From contig CDMY01000432.1 in the NCBI GenBank assembly GCA_001179505.1, positions 1 to 64,000 of the forward strand: a stretch of DNA of 64,000 nucleotides, written 5' to 3'. Numbering within the stretch: the first letter of the stretch is position 1; every line of letters begins with the position of its first letter. Made by a program: the position numbers and the translations under genes. Under the pieces are notes generated by a model. It was given only the letters and a program-made list of their open reading frames with translations. It made no database searches and had not been told where the DNA came from. The stretch is from Vitrella brassicaformis CCMP3155. Taxonomy: Eukaryota > Protista > Chromerida. Shown here piece after piece: positions 1 through 12,358 of the stretch.

Positions 1-705
1 GGGACAGGACGTCAGACAGAATGGACTGACGCATACTACATGTCCTACGTGGACTCTCCACAAAAACCACAGACCTTACGTTGCATTGACTTAATCCTTT
101 ATCCGGGACTGACCGCCCGGCAGATCCTCTCTTCACCATTCTCCCCGACTCTCTCCCACCTATTCTTACACAAATGTCGATGGATGGAAAAGCCCGGATC
201 TTGTGGAGTGTGTGATTCAGTGAAGAGAGATGAATATATCAGTTCAGCGCATCACTTGACCAGTCGGAACTACCTTCTATTGTCTACCTGCGGGTCTACC
301 TTCGACTGTACATAAATACAACACCTGTTGACATGGGGCTGCCTCTCTAACCAGTAAATACCTGCAGATGCGATTGCTACCCCCATCCATATCCCACATG
401 AAACGGCACCTGCCTTTCGGCGCGTGGCTGTCGGCGCAGGCGGAACTCTGGCCGAGTCTTCCTGAGATCCATCTCACCAAGGACGGTAAAGGCGGCTTGC
501 TGCTGTGAGGCCGCCTCTGCGGCTACGGCGCTCCTGTCCTCCGTGCCCGATGCATAGACAGAAGACGAGTTTGCGGATGATATGTGTCTGTGGTTTAATG
601 CGTGCCTCGGTGAGATGCGGCCCTTACACTCGTCGAATCCCGTCATGCTCTGCTGTCCTCTCAAGAAAGCAATCCACCTCGAGAGCTGTCCGCAGAATAG
701 CCATG

Positions 706-778
706 GGCGCGTTAGCACAGTGGTAGTTGCGTCTGCTTCGTAAGCTGAAGGTCCTGGGTTCGAACCCCAGACGTGCCT
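706..778 (+). tRNA. tRNA-Thr(CGT)
   Basis: Cloverleaf folded by eye: acceptor GGCGCGT/ACGTGCC, D arm GCA..TGC with AGTGGTA, anticodon loop TT-CGT-AA (CGT at 739-741), variable loop AGGTC, T arm CTGGG-TTCGAAC-CCCAG. TTTT at 791-794 is a possible Pol III terminator. One T.T mismatch in the anticodon stem. Confidence 0.9.
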
Positions 779-835
779 CTGTTTGCGAGCTTTTGCATGC
801 GCAGGAATCAGATCTGGCAGGATCTGTACATAACG

Positions 836-3800
836 ATGCATCCTACCGGTTTGCGTCGTTCACAGTCGCCGAACAAGAGGCGGCGAGTGATGAATGAGGA
901 GAAAGGAGATGGTGGTGGTAGTCAGCAGGCATCTTCACCCTCAGCCTCAGCTTCGGCGTCGGCGTCTGCAGCTCATGCGGTTGTCGTGCCTGCTGTGCCT
1001 GCTGCGGACGTTGCCACTGACAGTGGCGATGCTCTGCCTATTGCTGAGAAGAGGGATGAGATCCTCAAGGCAGTGGAGGAGAATCAGGTGGTCATCCTGA
1101 TGGGCGAGACCGGCAGCGGCAAAACCACACAGGTGCGGATAATGAAGCTGACACAGGGAGGCGCTCTTTCATGGCTCGTGTGAAATGCTTTCGTGCGTGT
1201 TGCTTGTTCCGTGACTGACGTCAGGTTCCGATATACCTGCACCATGCCGGCTACACATCCAAAGGCGTGATAGCCATCACCCAGCCGCGGCGAGTGGCCG
1301 CCATCACCGTCGCCCATCGCGTCGCACAAGAGCTGTCCTCACAAGTGGGCGATCTCGTGGGCTACTCGGTTCGCTTTGAGGACGTCACGTCAGCCGCCAC
1401 CAAAATCCGCTTCGCCACCGACGGCTTCCTGCTGCGCGACTGTGTCCGAGATGGCGACTTTTCACGCTACTCGGTGTTGATACTGGACGAGGCCCACGAG
1501 CGGACTCTGGCCACCGACATGCTGTTTGGGCTCGTGAAGCGATTGCTGGTGGCAGGGAAGCGGCCGCAGCTGCGTGTGATAGTGATGTCGGCGACACTGG
1601 ACCCCAGCAAGTACGGTGGCTTCTTTCGGTCGGCTGGAGTGGTGCCGCTGTTTGGGGGGGCGAGGGGGCGGGGGGCTGGCGGAGTGGGGTGCGTGAGGAT
1701 TGTGAGGATCCCTGGGCGGCAGCATCCTGTGGAGATCTTCCACACGCCAGCCGCAGAGGAAGACTACGTCGAGGTGAGTGTCCGCTGCCTCAGCAGTCAG
1801 ACTCTGACTGGTCATTCAGGTCCGTGTGTGTGTTGGGTGTAGGCTGCGTCGATCACTGTCATGCAGCTGCATGTGGAGCAGCCTCCGGGAGATATCCTCG
1901 TCTTCCTCCCAGGACAGGTCAGTCAGTCAGTCAGTCAATGTGTGGGAGATATCTATCTCGTTTCTGTGCCTGCCAGGACGACATTGAGGCGCTGCAGCAG
2001 CTGCTAGAAGACAAGCGCGTCAAGCTCGACCGTCTGCGCCGCCACCCCTCCCCCTCCGACCCCCTCCCCCCCTCATGGCAGTCATCTTCACTCGACATGC
2101 TCATCTGCCCCATCTACGCCGCACTCCCCGTCGACCAGCAGGTCGAGGCATTCCGCCCCACACCCCCACACACGAGGAAAGTGGTGCTGGCCACCAACAT
2201 CGCCGAGACCTCTATCACCCTGCCGGGCATCCGCTATGTGGTGGACTCGGGGAAGGTCAAGCTGACGACGTTCAATCCCCGGACAGGTGTAGAGATGCTA
2301 CTGCGGCAGGATGTCTCTAAGGCGGCGGCGATGCAGCGGTCGGGCCGGGCGGGGAGGGAGGCCCCTGGCCAGGCCTACCGGCTGTTCACTGAGGCGGACT
2401 CCCAGGGGCTAGCTGACCAGACGCCGCCCGAGATCACCCGTGCTGACCTGGCGCAGATTGTGCTGCAGATGCGGGTGGGTGAGCTGGGTCGGGCGGAGGG
2501 ACAGGAGAGGACAGGGGAAGGTGTGTCTCTGTGTGTGTCATGTTGTCCTTTGCGTGTGTGTGGTGTGTGTTTGTGTGTTTGCAGGCGTATGGCATCAGCA
2601 ATGAGGAGTCGTTTCCCTTCCTGGATGCGCCGAAAGAGGGGGCGCTCGACAAGGCCGTCAAGATGCTGCAAGAGTGAGACAAGCCACACAGATCCATGGA
2701 CAGACTGAGGGACACCATGACCACTGCCACTCTCCCTGTCTGTCTGTCTGTGCAGCCTTGGCGCGCTGGACAATCGCGGCCTGACTGACCTGGGGTGGGC
2801 AGCCATCCGCACAGCCAACCAAGAGATAGGGCGTCCCTCTCCCTGCATGTACCTTGTGTGTGTTGATGAAGGCACCGCCTGAGTGGTTTGCCAGTGGTCC
2901 CCATGCATGGCCGCCTGCTGCTCGACTCGATGGAATTTGGATGCCTCGAACACGTGAGTGAGCTAATGCCGCCCAGCCCAGCCCAGCCCCCACACCACAC
3001 ACGCATTCGTTGGATGTGTGTGTGTGTGTAGATGCTGTCGATCGTGGCGCTCTTGTCGACCGAGAATGTGTGGCACCACACACTGACGTCTGAACGCAAA
3101 GCTGACAGTACGACGATGAAGGCACAGAACGAGGAAGCACCAATCTGTCTGTCTGTCTGTCTGCCTGTCTGTGTCTGTGCGTCTGTGTGTTCATCAGAGG
3201 AGCGTAGGAAGCGTGTGTCGACCAACTTCCGTCGGCTGGCCCATCCTGATGGCGACCACCTGACCTTACTCAAGGCCTACCATCGATGGAACGAGGTACC
3301 CTCCTCACCTCACATGAGCACTCCATCCACCCCACCACATCAGTGTTTCTTGTGTGTTTGTCAAGGTGAGTGACAAGGTGGGTTTCTGCAAGGAGCACGG
3401 CATCAACCACCATGCGCTGGTGCGTGCGACCAAGATCCGGGAGCAGCTGCAGGGGCTGCTGGTGCGGCTGCTGGGCGACGTGGACATGGCGGCCCACACG
3501 CAGGCAGCGGTGGGCAAGGACGAGCAGTGGGTGAGCATCAAGCAGTGCCTCGCAAAGGCATTCTTCCTCAACGCCGCCAAACTCATGCCGCCAACCAGGA
3601 AATACCGCACCGAAGTCAGCCACAAAGACACACCAAAAGCGTCACGTGGCAGGGACGTATTCGTGTATGTGTGTGTGGGGGGGGGGGGCNNNNNNNNNNN
3701 NNNNNNNNNNNNNNNNNNNNNNNNNNNNNNNNNNNNNNNNNNNNNNNNNNNNNNNNNNNNNNNNNNNNNNNNNNNNNNNNNNNNNNNNNNNNNNNNNNNN

Positions 3801-4328
3801 NNNNNNNNNNNNNNNNNNNNNNNNNNNNNNNNNNNNNNNNNNNNNNNNNNNNNNNNNNNNNNNNNNNNNNNNNNNNNNNNNNNNNNNNNNNNNNNNNNNN
3901 NNNNNNNNNNNNNNNNNNNNNNNNNNNNNNNNNNNNNNNNNNNNNNNNNNNNNNNNNNNNNNNNNNNNNNNNNNNNNNNNNNNNNNNNNGGGGGGGGGGG
4001 GCCTGGATGGGGTGGCTGCAGTACGGCCGTCAGGAGGTCCACGTGCATCCCACATCGGTGCTCGTCGAACGACAAAGCCTCCCACAGTAAGACTACACAA
4101 CCAGGGTGGGCGGCAATCCATCCATCCCTCCACATCCGCCTCGCCCCATCTCTCCCTCCCCGTGTGTGTGTGTGTCTGTGTCGTTCGTTCAGGTGGGTGG
4201 TGTACAACGACTTCTTCCAGACGGGTGTGGGCAAGAAGCTCTACATCAAGACAGTGACGGCCGTCGAGGGCGAGTGGCTCGTCCAGTTCGCCCCGGCCAA
4301 ATTCACAGCCGCATACGTCAAAGACTGA
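836..4328 (+). CDS. DEAH-box RNA helicase, DHX33/Dhr2-like (multi-exon; start could be 836 or 890)
   Basis: Spliced motifs GETGSGKTTQVP (I), TQPRRVAA (Ia), DEAHER (II), SATLD (III), GDILVFLPGQ (IV), LATNIAETSITLPGIRYVVDSG (V), QRSGRAGRE (VI), then HA2/OB region (DGDHLTLLKAY; WVVYND..KLYIKTVTAVEGEWL). No Prp22-type RS/S1 N-terminus. Confidence 0.9.
3690..3989. other. Assembly gap (300 N) flanked by G runs, inside the helicase gene
   Basis: Run of N in the sequence; part of the helicase 3' region is unresolved. Confidence 0.99.
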
Positions 4329-4652
4329 CCGGCCGACATACCATCTTGATGCTATGCGGTGCGCTGACAGACACATGTGGGTGGGTGGCTTGTGCGGTCG
4401 TGCCTGTCAAGTCAGTCAGTGAGACCATCGGTGTACATAACATACTGAGAGTGAGTGTGTGTGGACGGTACGCTGCATGGCATGCTAATCGGTCAAGTCA
4501 ATGCCCCTCCGGCACACAGCAGTCACCTCAAGCTGCTGGAGGCCATGCGCAGCGATTGTCAACTGTACAACTAGATGGGAAGCCACGGCCTCGTCACGAA
4601 TACAAGCACACACCACACACTACTGTCCCTCCCCCCTCCCTCCCTCCCTCCC

Positions 4653-4725
4653 TCATGCCAGCTGACATGCCTCGAATTCATCAATGTCGGAATGCCATCC
4701 CTCCACTGAGACAGGCAGGTACTCT
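4653..4725 (-). pseudogene. Truncated relic of the last exon of a BTB-TLDc paralog
   Basis: Minus strand reads EYLPVSVEGWHSDIDEFEACQLA*, versus VFLPVSVKGWHFDVSELEAYKLA* at the end of the 4886-7282 gene. An in-frame stop lies a few codons upstream. Confidence 0.8.
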
Positions 4726-4739
4726 CCAGGCACTCAGGT

Positions 4740-5771
4740 ACGCGACGAACTGAAGTCACTCGTGTCAGGGGAATCATCAACACACACTTCACACACGTAC
4801 GCGCCCCGAGTCAGATGGACCATTTGGCTACAGTACCCCTCTCCCCGTCCCTCTATCCGTCACGCTGGCCGTCACCCTCCCTCGCTCACGCCAGTTTGTA
4901 TGCCTCTAGCTCACTGACGTCAAAGTGCCATCCCTTCACTGAGACAGGCAGGAACACTCGGTCATCGCCACCGCCGTGGTCGCTTGGCCTCACAGTCGGC
5001 CGCTCCCACTGCCGCCACCCGTCCGGCTGATTCTCCTCAAACGTGACTCCCTGGCACCGTTTCATGATCTCGTCGCTGGCTGCTGCTGGTGCTCCGATCA
5101 GCTGGGCGGCCGGACGAATGCCAAAGAAGAGAGATGTAGCGTAGAGGACGGCCGTCAGCTCAGAGTCGGGCGAAGAGAAATCGATGAAGTCGGTGAGTCT
5201 CTCCTGCACACATGGATAGAGGGACGGGACCATTACCATGACTGCTGGGCTCATTCTAATGAGTACCCACCTGTGTGCCCGCGATGTACATGTTGCTGTT
5301 CCGGCCGAAGTAGCCCACGTATGGGTGGCTGTCTGTCCCCTGCAGCTTGAAGGCGTATGATATCGTGTTGTGGGTGCTCTCGGCAGGTCCGGTGACCTCG
5401 ATGGGCCCCTCGATGATGCTGGCGAAGAGCTCATTGCTGTCGGCCACTTTGCAGATGAGCAGCAGGGGGGAGTGGCCCTTGACGGCATCGAAGAAGTCCA
5501 ACCACCTCCAACCATCCACAGTCGCCCTGCCACGACACACACACACACATCAAGACACAGAGGCATGATGAGAGGATGCCGTGATGCTCACATCTGTCTG
5601 GCCTGCCCTTCTCACTTGTACATGCGAACGACCGGCTCGCCCACACACGAGGGGATATTGGCCGGGGCGTCCTCCTCGCCCTCACACCAACGCCGCATCT
5701 TGTGCAGGTGGTCGGTGGTCAGCAGGCCATCTGCAGGCCCCAAATAGCGATCGCTATCCAAACCGTACCTG
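4740..5771. repeat. Segmental duplicate, copy A (pairs with 12574-13619)
   Basis: Colinear, highly similar sequence covering 3' flank, exons and introns, e.g. aactgaagtcactcgtgtc...ccaaaccgtacctg in both copies. Confidence 0.95.
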
Positions 5772-7282
5772 ACACAAACCAACACAGACAGACAGAGAGC
5801 AGCCGTCGGGGCACTGTGTGGTGAGCAGCTCTGTGTGTTGTCGCCGCGCCTACATGGTGAGTGCGTGTCGGAATCCTTTGAGGTCGGTCTCGCCCACCGC
5901 CCCGCGCACATACTCGGCAGGCACATCGACCGCCTTGATGGCCGTCCCCTTCATGTGCGATCTCGCCACCACGTCCACTATGCGCCGGACGTACTCGGGA
6001 TCTTCCTCATGACTATCGGGATCATACCTGACACACACACAGACAGCATGGCACCCGATGCATGTGTGTGTGAGAGCGGCTCACTTGGTGAACATATTCG
6101 CGAATGTCGAGTCGGCGCCGAGCGACGTGGCTACGCCCTTGGTCACCGTCACAGTGGCACCCGACACCTCAATCGACACCAACTGACATCGAAGGGCACA
6201 GCAAGGACAGCACACATGAGTGAGTGACGACCCCTTCTCCCACCTTTCTCCCTGTGTGTCGTCGGCTTACCGAATCCTCCTCGCTATCGCCCGTCTTGAG
6301 CAGGGGTTTGATGGCCTCGAGGCGCTCCATCTGGGCGTCCCTGGCATCCTTGGCCCTCCTGATCATACTGGGCAGCTCCACACAGAGGGCCTCAGCATCG
6401 CTGTCCTGCTGCTCCTGCCCTCCCTCCCCCTGCTGCTGCTGCTGGTCTTGAGTGAGGAGTGGGATCTGCACACGGTTCGCGCGCCGTTTGTAGCCGGGGT
6501 CCGACATAAGCAACTCAACCCAGTACCTGAACGAGACCAAACACACCACACCACACCACACCACACAATGGGATCCATGGCAACACAGACAGCCTGCCGT
6601 GTGTCAGTTGGTGTGGCCCACTCACTTGAATGGCGTATCGTTCTGTCTGGAGGGCGGTATGACGATGGTGTCGATGGTCTGCACGCCGACATATGTGTTG
6701 AGCTTCCCGACCAACCTGGACAACGGAACGCGCACACAAACACACACAGAGGGGGCAGTGTGAGATCGACGCATGGCCATCCACAGTCATGACATCTGCG
6801 TACCACTTCCAGGCATCAGGAAACATCTGAAGGAAGATGCGCTCGTCCTTGTCACGAACGAAGGCATCATCGAAGCGGCCCGAGAACAGCAGTGCAATGA
6901 CGGTCCCCTTGACGGCGCACAGAGTTGAACGGCGGGCTTTCACAATCTCCCCGGCCACGTTGAACGCTAACATGTCACGCATCCGCTCGGCCTGACGACA
7001 ATACACACACACACACACACAGCAACGCACAAAACCGCGTTTCAGGGCTTCCCTGCCTTCCGCGTCTGGGCCTCTTACGGATGGCTCGCTGGTATCTGCC
7101 GTGCCGCCGATGGCCCGCTCTCGCTGGATGAGGCCATTCTCAATCTCGCGCAGCTTCTCGGCGATGGATAGGGCCTGCTCGATGGCCTCACGCAGATGGC
7201 CGCACTCATCCTCATCGCCATCGCTGCCGTTCGGCCGCTTTCGCTTCTCGCCTGCCCCGCTGGCAGCCGCTGCCGCAGCCAT
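4886..7282 (-). CDS. BTB/POZ (KCTD-type) + TLDc-like domain protein, paralog 1 (multi-exon)
   Basis: N-terminal MAAAAAASGAGEKRKRP and coiled coil; LAFNVAGEIVKARRSTLCAVKGTVIALLFSGRFDDAFVRDKDERIFL (T1-type BTB); C-terminal DFFDAVKGHSPLLLICK...WHFDVSELEAY (TLDc-like). GT-AG introns. Confidence 0.75.
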
Positions 7283-7713
7283 GGCGCCAAAGCGACCTTT
7301 GTACGGCTACTAATTGCCAGACGATCGCCGCGAGCTCTCAAGGATGGGTGATCCGCCGTTCCAGTGACCGCAGGAAGCATTTGTAGGCGATGGGATGTCC
7401 TGCTGCGATGCCCGTGTATTTGGTGTCGCAAGGTGGCTGTGTGTGATAATAATTGGCGAGGATGGGTGCGCGTGAAAGAAGTGTCGACTCATGTCAATGA
7501 ACGGACCTGTGTGCGAGCACCCATGTGGAGTTGAGTCACATTCAATAACTGAGCATCCGCACAGACGTCACTCTTGCCCGACTACAGGCGTTCCTCCCTC
7601 TCTCTCTGAGGCCTCGCTTCCTCTGATGGCATCGGCTTGTGCCAGCCTCTCACACGAAGAGTCGGCAGCTCAAAATGCCCCATGCCCCCCTCCCCCCCTC
7701 CCCCCCGGCCTCC

Positions 7714-9540
7714 TCAGTTTGAGTCAAGGGTCACGAATCGTCCCCGCCCGTCGACGCGCCCCAGCTGGTGCCACGGGAACTGGCAGTCGGCATTCTCCAG
7801 GTGCTCGTTGAAGCCCTTGGCGATGGCGCCCTCCTCTATGCCGTATCGCGCCGCCTCCTCAAGCCGGGCCCGGTGCACCACCTCACGCAGACCCGTCAGC
7901 ACCACCTGCCCCCTGCCACAAACGGCGAAGCACTGCAGGGGCGGGACGGTCACCTTGACGCGCATGTCGCCCTGCTGTTGATATCGCGTCCCGCCCACCA
8001 CCTCCTGCTTGCCGCTCGCCCTCAGCGCCGACTTGACGAAGTGCCCGACCGCCCCACGCACACGGCGGCCGACGTCGCTGTTGCGGACGGTCAGAATGCG
8101 GGTGATGGTCTCGTTGGCGGCCTCCATGTCGAGGCAGAAAGCGGCGATCTTCCAGCCGATGGCGGCAGACTCGTGTGGTCCGAATGCGAGGGGCGAGGGG
8201 GCGGGGTCCTCGCCGTCGTTGTGCGCCACGAGGGGCAGCAGGTGCGTCAGCAGGGCGGCCAGCGAGCGCTGCGGCCGCAGCGCCGCGTTCACTACGGCCA
8301 TCGCCGCAGCGGGCACGTCGTTGAGCACCGCTGTGTACTGGGGCAGCACCACTTGGCGATCGCAGCGTTTCTCTTCGGTGTCTGTGGGCATGAGGCTGAT
8401 GTCCGCCCCGCATCTCAGCAAGCTGCGGATGGTGGCCTCGTGAAGGGACATCTTGTAGGTGGCTAGGTCCCTGGTCTCTTGGTCCATATCGTCGTCTTGC
8501 GAGAACGCAATCGCCGTATTGAGCTCTTCGGCGGCGAAAGAGAGCGCCGTATCGCCGCTGCCTGGTTCTATCTCTCTGTTGACGAATTCAGCAGTCACGT
8601 GGCGCCCCACATAATCGGCCACGCAGGGGGAGCTGTCGACAAGACCATCATCCACGAGGTCATTGACATGAGCAGGGTGCTGACGATTTCCAAAGGCAGC
8701 ATCGTGAAGAGCCGTCCATCCATTAGTAGTCGCCATCGGATTCGCCCCGTGGGCCACCAGCAGGTCCAAATATGAGTCGATGAAGGTCTGGGAATACTTC
8801 CCTAGCTCGTCCTGCGCTGCCGAGTGGATCAGAGTTGCCGGCCCGTCCTGCACGGCGAGTGTGGGGTCGTGTTCGAGGAGCCGACGGTATACTGAAAGCA
8901 GCCGCTGCTCATAGGCGGGGGACGCTGCGGTGCACTGGTACGCGATGGTGATGGGCAGCCCCATGACGTGGGCGTCATCACCAGCGGCATACCAGCGCAC
9001 CGCAGCGTTGCGCGCCAAGAGGACGCTCAGGGCCCCCTCATTGCCAGCCCGAATGGCCACTCTGATGGGCCTCCCGTCCAAATGACTCGGCGCATTGATG
9101 TCGGCGCCGCCGTCGATAAGCGCGTTCATGATGGCCGCCTCCAGCTCACGAGATGGCCATCGGGGGAGCGCCACGCCCCGCACAAGAAAGGAACCCGTCA
9201 CAGGTGGTCTCAGATCGTCAGCTGCCCCGACAGTCGGCATTGTGTTGTCGCTGAAGTTGTCAATAACGAGCGAGAGCACCGCACCCGCAGCATAGCCATA
9301 CGTGACAGTGCTGCCCCGCACCCGCAGCTGGGCTCCAGTGTTCGGGTCGGCGCCACGGCGCTGTATGAGGTCCGTCACTTGCTGATGGCGGGTGAAGGTC
9401 CGGCGGACGACACCCTCCACCAGCCGTCTGCTCGCGTCCGTGGTGCCCGGTGTGGTCCCGACCGGTGTGGTCCAGAAGACGTCGACGATGTCGACGTCCT
9501 CGACCCACTGTGGCCGCTGGCCGTGTGCAGTGGCGGCCAT
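7714..9540 (-). CDS. Ankyrin-repeat protein with lineage-specific C-terminal domain (coding region uninterrupted)
   Basis: About 608-aa ORF with ankyrin turns GGADINAPSHLDGRPIRVAIRAGNEGALSVLL, HGANPMATTNGWTALHDAA, GDTALSFAA. Confidence 0.8.
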   Translation of the reverse strand: MAATAHGQRPQWVEDVDIVDVFWTTPVGTTPGTTDASRRLVEGVVRRTFTRHQQVTDLIQRRGADPNTGAQLRVRGSTVTYGYAAGAVLSLVIDNFSDNTMPTVGAADDLRPPVTGSFLVRGVALPRWPSRELEAAIMNALIDGGADINAPSHLDGRPIRVAIRAGNEGALSVLLARNAAVRWYAAGDDAHVMGLPITIAYQCTAASPAYEQRLLSVYRRLLEHDPTLAVQDGPATLIHSAAQDELGKYSQTFIDSYLDLLVAHGANPMATTNGWTALHDAAFGNRQHPAHVNDLVDDGLVDSSPCVADYVGRHVTAEFVNREIEPGSGDTALSFAAEELNTAIAFSQDDDMDQETRDLATYKMSLHEATIRSLLRCGADISLMPTDTEEKRCDRQVVLPQYTAVLNDVPAAAMAVVNAALRPQRSLAALLTHLLPLVAHNDGEDPAPSPLAFGPHESAAIGWKIAAFCLDMEAANETITRILTVRNSDVGRRVRGAVGHFVKSALRASGKQEVVGGTRYQQQGDMRVKVTVPPLQCFAVCGRGQVVLTGLREVVHRARLEEAARYGIEEGAIAKGFNEHLENADCQFPWHQLGRVDGRGRFVTLDSN

Positions 9541-10181
9541 CACTCACGCGCCCTGCAGAGACATCACACAGACAGACATCCAAAGCACACAATCAACAAA
9601 ACTACAAACAGAGGGCACACGCCGCCCGCCTATGGTGTCAGTGTCTGTCTGTTCCTCTCTCGATACCGTCCCGCCCCCTCCGACGTGCCTGACCCCTCCC
9701 TCCGTTTCTGTTCTCCTTTTGCCTGATCTCTGTGTGTGTCCTTACTCCAGCGCTTACCATGGCGTCACAGTAGCGTTGAAGATCACTGCCTCTATCGCTG
9801 CTCGACTGCTCCGCTGGCAGCGCCGCGGTCAATCCGGGAAGAGGAGAGATCTCAGCTCGCAATGGGGACGGGGAAGTCCGGTAGCCCAACACAGTAAGCA
9901 TCTGTGTGCCATTGGAACAAAAGAAGCGCACATTCATTCATTCACTCATTCATTCATTCATTCATGCGCTGTGTGTTGTTGGCGTGTCCGCTTGCAGTTG
10001 ATAGCGGCGAGGCGTGCCGGCACGCCCACTCGCACATGGCGTCATGATGCCCGCCTGTGATGCGCATAGAACACAAGTGAGAAGGCAGCCAGGCAGACTG
10101 ATATCCCCTTTCTTGTCCCTGGGCGTCTTTGTCTGCAGCAGTCGCGCTTCCACCTGATGGCTTCGTCGACTCGATCTGGCG

Positions 10182-12358
10182 ATGTCTGACTCTGAGGTGC
10201 ACCAGCAGCAGCCCGGCGAGCCGTTCCCCGTGACCCTCTCACGCGGCGGAGCGCCAGCCTTTGCTCGCCCACCAAACAGTTGGCATTCGGCATCCACCAT
10301 GGCTCCCTGTCCCCTGCCGTAGCGGCCCAGCTGCTGACGCAGCAGAAGGCCGACCCCAACGGGCGGTACTACGACGCTGCCCTCAACCGTTGGGACTCTC
10401 TGCTACATCTGGCCGCCGACAGATGCGTCGGAGAGGATGGTGCCGCGATGCTGCGGTGCCTCATTGGCGCCGGAGCCGACATGGACTACACCAGCCGCAG
10501 CCCAGGGCGAGCGCTGCACCTCCTTCTCACCAGCAAGAGACCCCTGGACTTCCTGCTGGACCGCCTCAACCATGCAGACCCCACTCAGCTGTCGGCCCTC
10601 CTTCCCATGATCGAGACCCTCCTGAGGCACGGCGCGACATGTTGCTACGGAGGCAGTGGTGCGCTGACATCGGTCTTTACCAGTGACGCCACGCGCGGCG
10701 GCACCCAGCGCATCTCCGCCACGGAGTGCCTGGAGGTCGTCACTCGGCTGACCACTGCCGCAGCAGCGGCACCCACACCACCCAGCCTCTACGGGAACTC
10801 GGCCCTCAACGAGGCGTGTGAGTGCCACTTCCGAGAGGAGGAGAACCAGCCACCAGATGAGCAGCAGCAGCAGGGGGATGCGGCGCATGGTGGCCACACG
10901 GACGTCCACATTGCCATTCTCGAGAAGATCGTGGAGGGCATGGGGCGGGAGCTGGAGGGTGCAAGGGGCAGTGGGGCGCTGCATAGCGCCGTAGCGAGTC
11001 AGAATAGGGCCATCATGTATTGGCTGGTGAGGCGGCAGGGGGTGACGGCTGACAGCGAGACACTCTCTGTTGCTCACTGGGATGTGGATGTCATGACATG
11101 GCTGGTGGATGAGGCAGGGGCTGACGTAGATGGTGTTGGGCGACTGCCGCCCCTTGGCGCACTGGTGAGGGGAGGCCACCACACTGCGGCGCATCATCTG
11201 ATCCATCTGGGGGCATCCGTAGACAGAGCACTGACATACTCATACCCACACACCACGCACACAGACACATCCACAACAGCCAGAGAGAGGCACCGCATTT
11301 TGTCGGTGTATCACTCGTATGTCAATCGCTCTGTCCCCACACACGCCATGCGCCACATCAACACATCCCTGAACCCTCTGCGCACTCTGTCTGCCCTGTC
11401 GGCTTCCCATCGCGTGTTTCGTGTGGGTGTGCTGTGCTGTCAGATTGCCTCATACATAGAGCCTCCCCCTCTCCCCTTCTCAGAGCGCACGCCACTCGGG
11501 CGACGGCTCAATGCGGCGCTGTCTTTTTTCCTCTCTCGTGCATACAATGTGGCCAGCCCCTCTGTGAGGCGGCGTCTGTTTCGCCACACTGCCTTCGTCA
11601 CCCCACACAACACACACACAGACACATCAGACAGCCAGGTCGAGCGGCGGGGGGAGGCAGAGGGCGGGCAGGTAGACGAGGGCGTTGTGTATGGCGTCCG
11701 TGACGTGGTCCACCTGATCCGGTGTGAGGAGGGTCGGCACTATGAGCTGCCCCACATCGTCAGGGGATTCGGCAATGGGAAGCCGTTCGAGTGCGAGTTC
11801 GATGGCAATGTGGTGGTGGGTGGGGCCGGGGGAGGCCAGCGTCTGGTGCAGAGGATAGGTGGGTGGGAGGGGATGAGTGAGAGGGGGCGGCCCGGTGCCG
11901 TGTGGGGTGAGGAGTTATGGGATGTCGATGGCTCGGGGGGCGACGAGCTAGATGAGGAGGACGAGATCGATGAGGTCAGGAGGGAGGGAGGGAGGGAGGG
12001 GCGGGCACACATGCACACACATGATGATTCAGTCACTTTTTTCCTGCCTCCTGTTTGTTTTGTATATGTGCGTGTGCGTGTGTGTGTGCAGGATTTCCTG
12101 GATGAGGACGACGCTGAGGACGGCTGGGGCGACGACCTAGATGAGGTAAGCGGGAAGAGACACACACATACACACCCATGGATGGATGTCATCCACGTGT
12201 ATTCATTCGTGAGTGTGTGTGTGGTTGTGTGTGTGAAGGGCTTCATGGACGAGGACGGCATGTACGCTGACTGGGGAGAGCGGAAGGAGCCTGCTGGCGA
12301 TATGATTGACGGCGACGACAACGACGAGCAGCAGCAACAAATGGGGGACGACCAGTGA
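10182..12358 (+). CDS. Ankyrin-repeat protein of the same family, with acidic tail
   Basis: Ankyrin motifs ADPNG..DSLLHLAA, GADMDY..ALHLLL, GALHSAVASQNRAIMYWLV, GADVDGVGRLPPLGALV. ATG 10182 joins the long ORF through a phase-0 GT-AG intron at 10230-10279 (inferred). Two further introns in the D/E-rich tail. Confidence 0.75.

Noticed and set aside
1-700. Possible first exons of a minus-strand gene running off the left edge (several gtaag/gtag donors, short open segments)
   Set aside because: Could not assemble a consistent frame or recognise a domain; too little sequence.
3305-4376. Long ORFs crossing the N gap
   Set aside because: Artefacts of translating Ns; only the helicase exons are real.
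7768-8466. Plus-strand ORFs antisense to the ankyrin gene, and similar shadows over kinesin, XPOT and OWP
   Set aside because: Expected shadows of GC-rich coding sequence; no independent domain signal.
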